This document shows, piece after piece, positions 43,348 to 53,682 of a stretch of 64,000 nt of DNA. Made by a program: the position numbers and the translations under genes. Under the pieces are notes generated by a model that was not told the DNA's origin, did no database searches, and worked only from the letters and a program-made list of their open reading frames with translations. Each line of letters starts with the position of its first letter. Within the stretch, counting starts at the first letter, position 1. Source of the DNA: Trueperaceae bacterium (lineage in GTDB: Bacteria; Deinococcota; Deinococci; Deinococcales; Trueperaceae); the NCBI GenBank assembly GCA_965214405.1, contig OZ243956.1, forward strand, positions 3,168,001 to 3,232,000, given 5' to 3'.

Positions 43348-45588
43348 CTAATCGTGACTCAAATCCACCCGCTTCGCAAGCCTCGCAACCGGGCGCGGCA
43401 GCCACCAGTTCCAGCGTCCCGCCAGGGTCATGACCGCGGGCACGAGCACCATGCGGACCAAGGTCGCGTCGAGGAAAATTGCCACGCAGAGCCCCAGCCC
43501 CAGGGTTTTAATCAGGATGATGTCCGAAAAAGCGAACACGCCGCATACGGCTATCATGATTAAAGCGGCGCTGGTAATAATCCCGCCCGTGGCCGAGAGC
43601 GCGTAGGCGACGGCGTCGCGGTCCGTTTCGCCGCGCCGGTGCGCCTCGTAAATGCGCGACACCAGAAACACCTCGTAGTCCATGCTGAGCCCGAAAACGA
43701 GCGCGAAGGTAAAAATGGGCGCGCTGTTGTCCACGAAGCCCAAGGGACCGGGGAGACCTAAAAGCGACGCGCCCCAGCCGTGCTGAAAAATAAGCGTGAG
43801 CACGCCGAAACTCGCGGCGATGGTAAGCGTGTTGAGCAAAATGGACTTGAGCGGGATGAGGAGCGAGCGGAAGGTTACGCCCAGAATAATGAGCGTGGCT
43901 AAGTAGATAAGCCCGACCGCGAGCGGGAAGTCGCGATATAGGACGTGATTCCATTCCGCGTTGACGATGGGTTCGCCGCCGACCTTGGCCTCGAGCCCCA
44001 GATAACGCGCCTCGTTTCGTAACGACCGGGCGAGGCGGTGCCCCTGCGCGGGCGAGAGCGCGCCGGTGGGTACCGCCTGGACGAGTGCGTAGCGCCCGTC
44101 TCGGGAAACGGTGGCCTGCGCGAGCGGCGCGACCGGACTCGCCTCGGCAAGCGCGCGCGTGGCGTAATACTGGTTGAGCAAAATGCCGGGCACACCCGCG
44201 GTGGTAGGGGAAAAAACTTGTTCGACGCTCGAGAGCGTTCCGACCTCGCGGGTGTAACGCGACACCGCGCGCACCGCTGACGGATGGAAAAACCCGTCGG
44301 GCTGACCGAAGTCGATGAGCACCTTGTAGGGCGCGAGCAGCCCCTCGACGTTGGCGGCTTGGAGGCCCTGCAAAACCTTGTACGCGTCGGTATTTTGCGA
44401 CATGCCGCGCGCGCCGGGGTCGGCGACTTGCATCGACAGGGCGGGCAGCCCGAGCAAGAGCAGGACCACAACACCGCTCGCACCCCAAAGAAGCGGGCGG
44501 CGCGTCACGCGCTCCGCCCAGGCGTGCCAAAAGGCGCGCGTTCTCTTGCCGGGCTCGCGCCGGGTCAGCCTGAGCAGGTTGACGCGGTGGCCGAGCAGCG
44601 TGAGGAGCGCGGGCAGCGCGGTAATCGACACGAGCACGCTCATGAGCAAGACCGTCACGCCGCCTATGCCCATCGAGCGGATAAAGTTTAACGGCGGGAT
44701 GAGCAGCGCGCCGAGCGCCACGATCACCGCGCAGCCGCTAAAGGTGACCGCCTTGCCCGCGGTAAGCGTGGTTGAGGCGGCGGCCTTTTTGGGGTCGCCC
44801 AAACGGCTCAGTTCCTCACGAAAACGGTTCACGATGAGGAGCGCGTAGTCGATACCCGTGGCGAGCCCGAGCATGGTCACGATGGTCTGTGTGAAAAGGG
44901 CAAACTCAAAGATTTGACCGAGGCCGTAGAGCACCGCAAAGGTGAGCGTGACCGACAAGAGCGCAATCAAGATAGGCAGCCCCGACGCGACCACCGCGCC
45001 AAAGGCGACGACCAGCACGGCGAGGCTTAGGGGCAGCCCGTAGACCTCGGCGCGGTGGACGTCGCGCTCGCTGATGCTGCGGAGCTCGAGCGCGAGCGCG
45101 GGACCGCCCGACACGTAGAGCTTGAAACTCTCAGGTTTATCTTTAAGGGGCAGGATTTCCTCGACCGCCGCCTGCGCGTCTTCGCGCGTGTCCGCTTCCA
45201 GGTTGACGATGGCCGCCCCGTAACGCCCGTCGGGTGAGAGAAGGGGCAGCGTGGCGCTGTTGCGGTAGTCCTGCACGGACCCCACGGTAGGCAGCGCCCG
45301 CACGGCCTCGACGAGGTTGCCGAACTCCGTTTCAATCTGCGGGTCGGTCACCGGTCGCGCGTCCGAGACCGCGAGCAAGATAATTGAATACTTGCTCTGG
45401 ACCGCGAAATCAGTAAGCAGAATCTCCTGAACCGCCCTCGCCACGCTGTGGGGCGGGGTATCGGGTTGGGCGTTAAGCACCTCGCCCACGCGCGCGGCGA
45501 AAGGTAGAGCGATGAGGAGCAGGAGGCCCCAAACTAAGAGAACGCGCCAGGGACGCGTGCTAACGAGTTCGGCAAGCTTTTCAAACAC
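43348..45588 (-). CDS. MMPL/RND family transporter
   Basis: GLATGIDYAL..RFREE, FGLSMDYEVF..RI.E, DATLVRMVLVPA, NWWLP motifs. Confidence 0.93.
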   Translation of the reverse strand: MFEKLAELVSTRPWRVLLVWGLLLLIALPFAARVGEVLNAQPDTPPHSVARAVQEILLTDFAVQSKYSIILLAVSDARPVTDPQIETEFGNLVEAVRALPTVGSVQDYRNSATLPLLSPDGRYGAAIVNLEADTREDAQAAVEEILPLKDKPESFKLYVSGGPALALELRSISERDVHRAEVYGLPLSLAVLVVAFGAVVASGLPILIALLSVTLTFAVLYGLGQIFEFALFTQTIVTMLGLATGIDYALLIVNRFREELSRLGDPKKAAASTTLTAGKAVTFSGCAVIVALGALLIPPLNFIRSMGIGGVTVLLMSVLVSITALPALLTLLGHRVNLLRLTRREPGKRTRAFWHAWAERVTRRPLLWGASGVVVLLLLGLPALSMQVADPGARGMSQNTDAYKVLQGLQAANVEGLLAPYKVLIDFGQPDGFFHPSAVRAVSRYTREVGTLSSVEQVFSPTTAGVPGILLNQYYATRALAEASPVAPLAQATVSRDGRYALVQAVPTGALSPAQGHRLARSLRNEARYLGLEAKVGGEPIVNAEWNHVLYRDFPLAVGLIYLATLIILGVTFRSLLIPLKSILLNTLTIAASFGVLTLIFQHGWGASLLGLPGPLGFVDNSAPIFTFALVFGLSMDYEVFLVSRIYEAHRRGETDRDAVAYALSATGGIITSAALIMIAVCGVFAFSDIILIKTLGLGLCVAIFLDATLVRMVLVPAVMTLAGRWNWWLPRPVARLAKRVDLSHD

Positions 45589-45702
45589 GTTTCAACCCCT
45601 TAAGCGCCCGCCGCCTCGTTACTTGGGAGGGCTGCTCCGTCCCTCCGGCGCGACCATCCGCGACGACGGGCACGTGCATCATATCCGCAAGCTCGAGAGC
45701 TG

Positions 45703-45718
45703 TGTGCATTTTTGCACA
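45703..45718. promoter_or_regulatory. Palindrome TGTGCA-N4-TGCACA, candidate operator upstream of the MMPL gene
   Basis: Perfect 6-bp inverted repeat; other TGCAC words nearby. Confidence 0.35.
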
Positions 45719-45748
45719 TTATTCTAATGCACCGTTCTGATGCACCTT

Positions 45749-45815
45749 GTGGACGCTCGTTATGCGGACGCTCGTTACGCGGAAGCTCATTCTATGGATG
45801 CGCGTCACGTAGACT
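45749..45815. repeat. Degenerate 15-bp tandem repeat (~4.5 copies)
   Basis: GTGGACGCTCGTTAT / GCGGACGCTCGTTAC / GCGGAAGCTCATTCT / ATGGATGCGCGTCAC. Confidence 0.7.
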
Positions 45816-45941
45816 CCGGGTTCAGCGCCGGGGCCTGTGAGCGGTTTAGATTATCAGGTCGGGCCATTTCATGCAGTTTAACAGCTAACACCGCTCGAGC
45901 GCCGGTCAACGCACATGCTGCACATGCTGCGCTAAAAGATT

Positions 45942-46727
45942 TTAGATACCCACAAACGACTCGATCACGCTCCGCGCTTCGCCGCCCTGCGTGCGCGTTT
46001 CGCCCGCGAGCCGCCCGTCTTCTAAAAAGATGATGCGGTCGGCGTAGAGCGCGGCCTTGGGGTCGTGGGTAACCATCACGAGGGTCCAGCCCCGTTCCTC
46101 GACGCCCGCCTTGAGGAGCGCCAGCACGTCGCCGCCGGTGCCGGTGTCCAGGTTACCGGTCGGCTCGTCGGCGAGGATCAGCAGCGGGTTGTTGATGAGC
46201 GCGCGCGCCAGCGCCACGCGCTGCCGCTGACCGCCCGACAGTTCGCTCGGGCGGTGCTTGAGCCGGTCCGCAATGTGGAGCGTGTCGGCAAGTTCTTTAA
46301 GCCGCTCGCGTCCCTCGAGCCGTCTCCCTGCGACCTCGGCGGGCAAGAGGATGTTCTCGCGCGCGCTCAAGTTGGGGATGAGTTCAAAGGTCTGAAACAC
46401 GAAACCCAGTTTTTCACGCCTCAGGCGGGTGAGCGCGTCGTCGGAAAGCCCGCGCGTCGTTTCGCCGCCCAAGAGGATTTCGCCGCCGTCGGGCGTGTCG
46501 AGGAGACCCAGGAGGTGAAGCAGCGTGCTCTTGCCCGAGCCGCTGGGACCCATGACCGCGAGAAATTCGCCTCTCGGTACCGTTAGCGACACCTGGGAAA
46601 GCGCGTGAACGGTTTCGCCGCCCAAGTGGTAGCGCTTGCTGAGGTCGCGGGCTTCAATGGCTGCATCGACAGCGCCCGTTACATCACCCGTCTCTCTACC
46701 TATCTTACTCACCTGGACTCTACCCAC
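45942..46727 (-). CDS. ABC transporter ATP-binding protein (LolD/MacB-like)
   Basis: GPSGSGKST, LSGGQRQRVA, ADEPTGNLD motifs. Confidence 0.93.
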   Translation of the reverse strand: MGRVQVSKIGRETGDVTGAVDAAIEARDLSKRYHLGGETVHALSQVSLTVPRGEFLAVMGPSGSGKSTLLHLLGLLDTPDGGEILLGGETTRGLSDDALTRLRREKLGFVFQTFELIPNLSARENILLPAEVAGRRLEGRERLKELADTLHIADRLKHRPSELSGGQRQRVALARALINNPLLILADEPTGNLDTGTGGDVLALLKAGVEERGWTLVMVTHDPKAALYADRIIFLEDGRLAGETRTQGGEARSVIESFVGI

Positions 46728-49352
46728 CTACTCACCTCTTAGGGCGACGACGGGCTCGAGCCGCGCCGCGCGCCGGGCAGGCAAGAGCGAGGCGAGAAAG
46801 CCCACCACCGGCGAGGCGAGGAGCGCGAGCAGCGCCAAGCGCCACGGGAAAACCGGCGTGATGCGGTAGCCCGTGAGCGCGTCCGCCCCCGCGGTGATGA
46901 CGCGCGACAAGAGGAGGCCGCAGAGCGCGCCCAAAAGCGTCCCCAAGAGCACCACGACGATGCCCTCGGCACCCACCAAGCGCCCCACCCCGCGCCGCGT
47001 AAAGCCTAATGCGCGCAAGAGGGCGATTTCGTGTTGGCGCGTGGACAAGTTCATCCCGAGCGTGTTGGCGACGCCTAAGGCGGCGATGAAGACCGCCAAG
47101 ACAAGCAGCCCGTTGGTGGTCGTGAAAATCTGCCGGGTGAGCGTGAGGACGAGGACGCGGTAGCTTTCGCTCGAGGTCACGTCTAAATAGAGCCCTGGAA
47201 AGGTTTCTCGCAGTGCGTCCCCCACCGCCTGCGGGTCCGCCCCCTCTTTGACCGTCATGACATAAAGGTTGGGCGCGGCGACGCCGAACAGCGCGCTGTC
47301 TTTGAGGCTGCCGATAAAGGTCTCGCCGCCGTTGGTAAAGTCCACAACCACACCCGCCACCGGGATGTTTTGAAAGCCCTCCGTCGTGCGTAACCGCGCG
47401 GCGTCGCCGCGCGCCGTCCCGAAGCGCTCGAAAAGAGTATTGGCCGCAATCACGCTGCCGCCCCGCCGCAACGCCTCGTAAGCTTCGCGGCTGTCACCCT
47501 CGCCTTGCAAAAACTGAAAGCGCCCAAAGCCGCCCTCCGGGTTGTACCGCTCCGGGTCCACCAAGATAAGCGCGACGGTTCGCGCGCGCTCACTCCCGCC
47601 CGGCTCAAAGCGCACCGTCTGGACCCCCACCCCGCTCACCGCGTCGAGCCCCGGCACCTCTGCCGCCGCCGCCTCTACAAAACCCTCCGGAAAACCTACC
47701 GAGGAGGTAACGAACAAGTCGCCCGTGACGGTCGCGGCGACCCAGTCCGCGATTTCTTTGTTGATGCCCGCGACCATCGCGCCCACGCCGATGGTGAGCG
47801 CCACGCCGACCACCACCGCGCCGACCGCCACCCCGTTACGCCGCGCGTTGCGCTGCGCGAAACCCGCCCCCAAGCCCCCCGCCGCCCCGAAAAGCCTCGT
47901 CAGGGGCGGGCGCAGGAGGGCGAGCGTCGGCTTTAGGAGCGCGGGCGTGGTGAGGGTGACGCCGGTAAAAAGGAGCGTCATGGCTAATGCGCTCCCAAAA
48001 ATCGCCCACCCGCCCTGCCAGGGCGCGAGCGCCGTGAACGCGCCCCCGGCCAAAAGGAACGCGCCCAGCACCGTCTGACGCGTTTTTTGTAAAGGTTCCC
48101 CGTCCTCCGCGCCCCCGTCGCTCCTCGCCGCCACGATGGGCGGCGTTTTCGAGGCGGCCCTGGCGGGCAGCAGCCCCGAAAAGAGGGCGACCACGACCCC
48201 CACCCCCGCGGCCACGGCCACGTTGCCGACGGGCACAACCAGCCTGCGAAACTCGAAGCCCAGCACGAGCGCGTTGAGCCTTGTAATGCCCAAAGACAAC
48301 CCTAGACCAAGCAGGATGCCGAGCGCCACCCCGCACACGCTCACGAAGGCCGCCTCAAAGAGCGCCAGACGCTGCACCTGCCTCCCGGTGAGGCAAATCG
48401 TCCGCAGGAGCGCGTACTCACGCGTTCTCTCGGCGGTCGCGGCGGCAAAGGTGTTGTAGGCCATAAACCCGCCCAAAGCGACGAGCGTCGCGGCGAGCAC
48501 GCGCAACCCCGCCTGGATGGTGTCGACGATGCCCGTGGCTAGGTCGCCCGAGCCCGCGGGCAAAAGGACCGTGTAGGCGTCACCCAAGGTTTCTGTGAGA
48601 CGCGCCTGCACCGCCTCGAGCCCCGCATTGGCTGCAAGATGAACCTCGATAGAAGAGACGCGGCCCCCCAGCCTGACCGCGCGCTGAAGGTCGCCTAGCG
48701 CCACCACCCCAATCCGGCCCGCGTTCGTGCTCGCTACGCCCGACGCGCCGTCGAGCAAACCCACAAGCCTAAACGTCGCCTCGCCGAAGGGCGTGGCAAA
48801 AGGAACCTCGTCGCCCAGCGTCAAGTCCCTCGACTGTGCAAAGGTCTCGGTGAGGGCGATACCGTCTGAACCCTCTTGCGGCAGCGTCCCGGTGAGCACG
48901 CGCACGTCCGAGCTCGCTGAGTCCACCCCTGACTCTATCCCACCGCCTATTTCTTTCCCATTAGAGGTGTCGCGCCCCGAGAGGAGAAACCCCGCGTTCA
49001 CCCCTGGAATCACCGGGTGCGGGGTGTTTCCTAGGTCGCGCACGGGTTCGGCGCGGTACTCGAGCACCGGCACCGCCCACCCAACACCGGGCGTGTCACG
49101 CACTTTTCTTAGAGGCTCCGCCGCCGCAAACACCGCCCGCCCCTGCGTGCCCGGCACCACAACGAGGTCGGCCCCGCCCGTGGCCGCCTCCAAGCTGCTC
49201 GCCACGTTCGCCCGGACGTTGTCGCCCACCGACAGCGTCGCCAGCACCGCCGCGATGCCCAGCGCCACCCCGAGCGTGGTAGCGAAACTCCGCCAGGGGT
49301 GACGCAGGAGGTTGCGAAAGGCGAGACGAAAGAGCGGTAGCCGGTAGAGCAT
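46728..49352 (-). CDS. FtsX-like ABC permease with two FtsX domains
   Basis: RNLLRHPWRS, ERTREYALLR, RQHEIALLRALG; start ATG 49352 is 6 nt after TACACT. Confidence 0.9.
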   Translation of the reverse strand: MLYRLPLFRLAFRNLLRHPWRSFATTLGVALGIAAVLATLSVGDNVRANVASSLEAATGGADLVVVPGTQGRAVFAAAEPLRKVRDTPGVGWAVPVLEYRAEPVRDLGNTPHPVIPGVNAGFLLSGRDTSNGKEIGGGIESGVDSASSDVRVLTGTLPQEGSDGIALTETFAQSRDLTLGDEVPFATPFGEATFRLVGLLDGASGVASTNAGRIGVVALGDLQRAVRLGGRVSSIEVHLAANAGLEAVQARLTETLGDAYTVLLPAGSGDLATGIVDTIQAGLRVLAATLVALGGFMAYNTFAAATAERTREYALLRTICLTGRQVQRLALFEAAFVSVCGVALGILLGLGLSLGITRLNALVLGFEFRRLVVPVGNVAVAAGVGVVVALFSGLLPARAASKTPPIVAARSDGGAEDGEPLQKTRQTVLGAFLLAGGAFTALAPWQGGWAIFGSALAMTLLFTGVTLTTPALLKPTLALLRPPLTRLFGAAGGLGAGFAQRNARRNGVAVGAVVVGVALTIGVGAMVAGINKEIADWVAATVTGDLFVTSSVGFPEGFVEAAAAEVPGLDAVSGVGVQTVRFEPGGSERARTVALILVDPERYNPEGGFGRFQFLQGEGDSREAYEALRRGGSVIAANTLFERFGTARGDAARLRTTEGFQNIPVAGVVVDFTNGGETFIGSLKDSALFGVAAPNLYVMTVKEGADPQAVGDALRETFPGLYLDVTSSESYRVLVLTLTRQIFTTTNGLLVLAVFIAALGVANTLGMNLSTRQHEIALLRALGFTRRGVGRLVGAEGIVVVLLGTLLGALCGLLLSRVITAGADALTGYRITPVFPWRLALLALLASPVVGFLASLLPARRAARLEPVVALRGE

Positions 49353-49478
49353 CGCGCTAGTGTAACGCGCGCTCCTAACGGAGGGACCTTGTTGGAAGAC
49401 GGGGGTGAACGCGCGTAGGCGCAGGGGAAAAAAGTCACACCGCCCCCGTTTCCCGCGGCTGGCGTAGAATAGCCCGTT

Positions 49479-50435
49479 ATGACTCACCCCGTTTTAAGCA
49501 TCATCATCCCCACCCACGCGCGGCGCGAGAGGCTGCGCGAGACGCTCCATCTCCTTGCGACCCTTCCCGGCCCAACACGCGAAATTATTGTGCTAGACGA
49601 CGCCTCGACGGACGGCACCAGAGCGATGCTGGCTGAGTTTCCGGAAGTTCGTACCCTCCGCAACGAGACGCCTCGAGGCTTCGAGGCGCTGCCCGAGGCG
49701 GTGGGGCTCGCGCGCGGCACATACGTGTTTCAGCTCGACGACGACGCCTATCCCGCCGAAGGAACCCTGGAGCGGGTGATGGCGCATTTTGAGGCTCGCG
49801 GACCCCGCTTAGGGCTTGTCGCGCTTCCCTTTGTCGAGCCGCGCTCCGGTCGCACTTCCTACACGCCCTATCTGCCTGCGCCCGCGCCGGGGCGCACCTG
49901 GGGCGAAGCGCGCGGCTTTCACGCGGGCGCGGTCGTGTTCCGCCGCGAAGCCCTCTTGCGTATCCCGCCGAGCCCGCCGGGTTACGTGATGTTTGAGACC
50001 GAACTCCCGACGATGATCGAATTTTTAAGCCGCGGCTGGGAGGCGGATTACCTGCCGGGTGCCCCTGTCTATCACCTTTGGGACGGACGCAAGCAGGGCG
50101 TAGGGCGGCGCGCGGCCTACTTGCCGCTACGCAACGACCTCGTGACCATCAGGCGCTACTACCGGGGCTGGCGGCAGCGTGAGATGCTTCTAGGCCGCTT
50201 TCTCACCGGCTTTTTTCACCTCGCGGCGGCGGGTCATCCGGGCGACTTTTCCAAAGCCGTAAAGGAGGCGGGCGCGATGCTCGCTACCGTCCCCGAGCGG
50301 CGGGTGCGGCCCGAGGTGCTGGCGCGCGTGTATCCGGGGTTCGACGGGCTCACGCTCACCACGCTCCTTTCGGAAACCAACCGGCGGCGGGTGGGGTGGT
50401 TTCTGGGGCGGGTGCCGATCGATCAAACGTGTTAG
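49479..50435 (+). CDS. Glycosyltransferase family 2
   Basis: SIIIPT, IIVLDDASTDGT, QLDDD (DxD) motifs. Confidence 0.88.
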   Translation: MTHPVLSIIIPTHARRERLRETLHLLATLPGPTREIIVLDDASTDGTRAMLAEFPEVRTLRNETPRGFEALPEAVGLARGTYVFQLDDDAYPAEGTLERVMAHFEARGPRLGLVALPFVEPRSGRTSYTPYLPAPAPGRTWGEARGFHAGAVVFRREALLRIPPSPPGYVMFETELPTMIEFLSRGWEADYLPGAPVYHLWDGRKQGVGRRAAYLPLRNDLVTIRRYYRGWRQREMLLGRFLTGFFHLAAAGHPGDFSKAVKEAGAMLATVPERRVRPEVLARVYPGFDGLTLTTLLSETNRRRVGWFLGRVPIDQTC

Positions 50436-50694
50436 CAGGTAAGATTCGGTCTGGGCGAGGTGGAGCCTGAGTTTTACCGTTTAGGACGCAGCTACAAAAA
50501 TACCTGCGCTGAATTCGCTTAAGTAGCACTGAAAACCGCCCTACGCGGCGTTGCTCAGCTTTTGCCGACTTTGTTTCGTCTCGAACAGGCTTAACGGGCT
50601 GTTTACCGGCTAATCGGCACGCCGCCATTCACCCCGGCGTGACTCAGGCGGGCCGCTCGAGCCCTCCCGGCCAAAGTCATCCTAACAACCCCCT

Positions 50695-51531
50695 CTACAG
50701 CCCCGCCGCCCGCCACACCGCCTGCAAACTTGCCGCGGTAGCGGCGCAGGCTTCATCGGCGGGAAGCGCGCGCACCGCCTCGCTAAACGGTTCGACCAGC
50801 ACCGGGCCGTCATAGCCGAGCTCCTGCAACGCGCTCAAAAACGTGTTTAAGTCGATGACCCCCGTTGCGCCGGGGAGGGTTCGCTGCTGATCGATCTGCT
50901 CGTCTCGCGGCAGGTCGGGCGCGTCGTTCACGTGGACTTCAACGATCTGGTCCTTGCTCAGCTCCTGCAGGGTCTCGGCCCTTTCGTGCGCGGTAAACCA
51001 GTGAAAGCTGTCGAGCAGATAGCCCGCGTTCGGTCCTACCGCGTCGCACAGTTCGGTCATCTCCCGCAGGGTATGGATAAAGGGAAAGTGCCCGCTCGAC
51101 CACAGCGTTTTCGGACCCACGTACTCGAGCCCCAGCCGCACCCCGTGGTCGGCCAGGATGTCGGCGGCAGGGGCCAAACGCGCCGCGTGCAGCGCGAAGT
51201 TCTGCCGGTAGGTGAGTTCACTTGACACCGGCATGATCCAGGTCGAGGTCCGCGTCACGCCGAGCTCGGCGGCCACGGCGGCCAAGCGTGGCAGGTCGGC
51301 CAGCCCCTCCCTATACGCGACTTCGTCGCGGCGGAACTCGAGCGGGAACCCGAACGCCGCGGGCCGCACCTCGGCCTCTTCGGCGAGCGCGCGCACGCGC
51401 TCGGCACCCAAGTCCGCGGCCTCACGAATATCAAAGTGATAGCCCGTAAACCCGTGCCGCCGCGCCAGCTCGAGGCCTTCTGCCAAAGAGGCGCGCACCC
51501 CAAGGGCGCCGGGTAGCAGTGCGGTATACAC
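50695..51531 (-). CDS. Sugar phosphate isomerase/epimerase (xylose isomerase-like TIM barrel)
   Basis: GLEY, LDSFHW, VHVND, GYDGPVLVEPF metal-binding motifs. Confidence 0.85.
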   Translation of the reverse strand: MYTALLPGALGVRASLAEGLELARRHGFTGYHFDIREAADLGAERVRALAEEAEVRPAAFGFPLEFRRDEVAYREGLADLPRLAAVAAELGVTRTSTWIMPVSSELTYRQNFALHAARLAPAADILADHGVRLGLEYVGPKTLWSSGHFPFIHTLREMTELCDAVGPNAGYLLDSFHWFTAHERAETLQELSKDQIVEVHVNDAPDLPRDEQIDQQRTLPGATGVIDLNTFLSALQELGYDGPVLVEPFSEAVRALPADEACAATAASLQAVWRAAGL

Positions 51532-51640
51532 GTCACGTCCTTTTCATGATGCAGACGATACTTGCAGAGCTTAATTCGCTTCTTTTTACGCGTTTGGTTG
51601 CTAGCAAGAGCTGGCACCGAGGGTCATTAACCACACTCGG

Positions 51641-52153
51641 CTAAGCGCCAACCTTTGCTTCATCCAAGTAGCTGTCAAAGTAGATGCGGTGACAGGTATA
51701 CCCCCCAGGATTTTTTACGAGGTAATCTTGATGGTAAGCTTCTGCGGGCCAGAACTTTGTAAGAGGTTCTAAAGTCGTCACGACGGGGTTGGGCCAACGT
51801 CCCGACCGGTTGACAATCTCGATCATCTCTTCCGCGGTTCTTTTTTCCTCTTCATCTTTGTAAAAGATAGCGGAGCGGTAGGACGTGCCGCGGTCGTTGC
51901 CTTGACGGTTAAGCGTGGTGGGATTATGAACCTGAAAGAAAAAGTCCAGGATACGCCGGTAGCTCGTCTCGGCTGGGTCATAAGTGATCTCGAGCGCTTC
52001 GGCGTGACCGGGATGACGTTGATAGGTGGGGTTGTCGTTCTGGCCTCCCGTATAGCCCACCTCGGTATTGATGACGCCGGGTTGCTTGCGAACCAAGTCT
52101 TCTAATCCCCAGAAACAGCCCCCCGCTAACACTGCGGTTTCTTTTTTAGCCAT
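51641..52153 (-). CDS. msrA: Peptide-methionine (S)-S-oxide reductase
   Basis: [45 protein letters not shown] before ATG 52153. Confidence 0.96.
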   Translation of the reverse strand: MAKKETAVLAGGCFWGLEDLVRKQPGVINTEVGYTGGQNDNPTYQRHPGHAEALEITYDPAETSYRRILDFFFQVHNPTTLNRQGNDRGTSYRSAIFYKDEEEKRTAEEMIEIVNRSGRWPNPVVTTLEPLTKFWPAEAYHQDYLVKNPGGYTCHRIYFDSYLDEAKVGA

Positions 52154-52395
52154 GATGAAACCTCCTTGGGTCATCATACGCCTTCTCGTTCGGTCACGGC
52201 GTCTCGGTAAACGCATCAATACCTTAGACGCGGTAGGGGCAAGGGTGATAGGTGAGTGGTTCTGCTCGAGGAAACTGAGGATACTGGGAATATGAAGGAA
52301 GTCGAAGGGCAAACCCGAGAAGCGTCTAAGGTCGTGTTCGGTATGACGCTCGGCTCGAGTCGTCCTCAGTGCGGGCTCAGTACGGGTGCAAACCG

Positions 52396-52710
52396 TCACA
52401 AGGTGTACAACGGCCCGTACTTGCCCGTCAGATAATCCGAATAAGGCCCTGAGCGAAGCCCTTCGCCGGTGGCGCGGCGCAAGAGGGCGTTGGGAAGAAA
52501 GCGCCGCCCGTGGCGGTGGACGTTTCGCCCGAGCCAGGCGAGCAGCGGCGCAGCGTCACCCTCCGCCAAAGCGGGCGCGACCAAAGCCTCTTGCGCCTTG
52601 GCCGCCTCCAGCCAAAGCGCGCTCATCACGTTGCCGACGGTGTAGGTGGGAAAAGAGCCGAAAAGCCCCGCGCCCCAGTGAACGTCTTGCAGGCAGCCGT
52701 GGGTACGGTT
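52396..52710 (-). pseudogene. C-terminal remnant of an M32 (Taq-type) carboxypeptidase
   Basis: Frame reads NRTHGCLQDVHWGAGLFGSFPTYTVGN...[10 protein letters not shown]...ATGE..YL..KY; only ~105 codons of a ~500-aa family, no HEXXH. Confidence 0.85.
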
Positions 52711-52757
52711 GCGGCTTTTGGCGGTGAGTTTATTAAGGAGTCCAGCACAACGTCCAC

Positions 52758-53531
52758 CTAACGCCCCCCGTCAATGGAGAGCGTCTGCCCGGTCACCCAG
52801 CCCGCCGCCTCGCTGGCGAAAAAGAGCACCCCGTTGGCGACGTCGTCGGGCGTGCCGAGACGCTTCAGGGCGATGTTCTGCAACAGTCGTTCCTGTCCTT
52901 CTTCGCCGTAAGCCTGCCACTGCCGCTCGGTCGTCGGGTTCGAGCGCACGAACCCTGGCGCGACGCAGTTGACCGTCACGCCCCAGGGTCCGAGTTCGTG
53001 CGCGAGTTGCTTTGTCAAGCCGATGAGCCCCGCTTTCGCCGCCGCGTAGGCCTGAATCCCGGTTAAGCTCACGCCTAACCCCGCGCCGCTCGAGATGTTC
53101 ACAATCCGCCCGCCCGCGCCTTTTTCTCCAGCCTTGAGAAAGGGCGCGGCGGCCTGACTCAGCCAGAACGCGCCGTCTAGATTTACGGAAAAAATCGCGC
53201 GCCAGTCCCCTTCCGGTACCTCCTCGAGCGGCCTCCCGACCTGCCCCAGCACGCCGCCCGCGTTGTTGACGAGCACGTCGATTCGGTTTGTATCTTTTAC
53301 CGCTCGCCCAACAAATGCCCCCACCGCGTCGCGGTCGGTCACGTCGAGGTGAAAAGTCGAGAGGCTGCCGACCTCCCGCCCGAGCCGTTCGGTCTCTTGT
53401 AGCGACTCCGTAAGCACGTCGCCCCCATAAACGTTCGCGCCGAGTCGGGCAAAGGCGAGGGCGATAGCGCGCCCGAAGCCGTGCGCGGCCCCCGTGACGA
53501 GCACCGTCTTATCGTCAAAGCGAAGCTGCAT
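52758..53531 (-). CDS. SDR family oxidoreductase (FabG-like)
   Basis: TGAAHGFG, NNAGG, YAAAK, VNCVAPG motifs. Confidence 0.92.
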   Translation of the reverse strand: MQLRFDDKTVLVTGAAHGFGRAIALAFARLGANVYGGDVLTESLQETERLGREVGSLSTFHLDVTDRDAVGAFVGRAVKDTNRIDVLVNNAGGVLGQVGRPLEEVPEGDWRAIFSVNLDGAFWLSQAAAPFLKAGEKGAGGRIVNISSGAGLGVSLTGIQAYAAAKAGLIGLTKQLAHELGPWGVTVNCVAPGFVRSNPTTERQWQAYGEEGQERLLQNIALKRLGTPDDVANGVLFFASEAAGWVTGQTLSIDGGR

Positions 53532-53682
53532 GAGGCCCCGTTTGCAGCTCGAGCCCCCGCCCGCGCATGGCTTCAAGGTGCGCGCGGTTCGCGTCGACAA
53601 AGGTCACGTCTAGTCCTGAACGCGCTGAGGATGTACCGACCGTCCCGCCGACGGCCCCCGCGCCCCAAACGAGAAGCGTCAC
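53515..53682 (-). pseudogene. N-terminal remnant of a ketopantoate reductase (PanE/ApbA) family gene
   Basis: 55-codon ORF MTLLVWGAGAVGGTVG...GLDVTFVDANRAHLEAMRGRGL with a GTGA overlap on the creatininase stop; Rossmann start only. Confidence 0.75.

Noticed and set aside
45740..46033. 97-aa ORF with DARYA repeats
   Set aside because: A by-product of an intergenic tandem repeat; it runs antisense into the ABC ATPase and has no SD.
52154..52399. 82-aa N-terminal extension of MsrA in the ORF track
   Set aside because: A strong SD precedes ATG 52153 and the extension is not protein-like.
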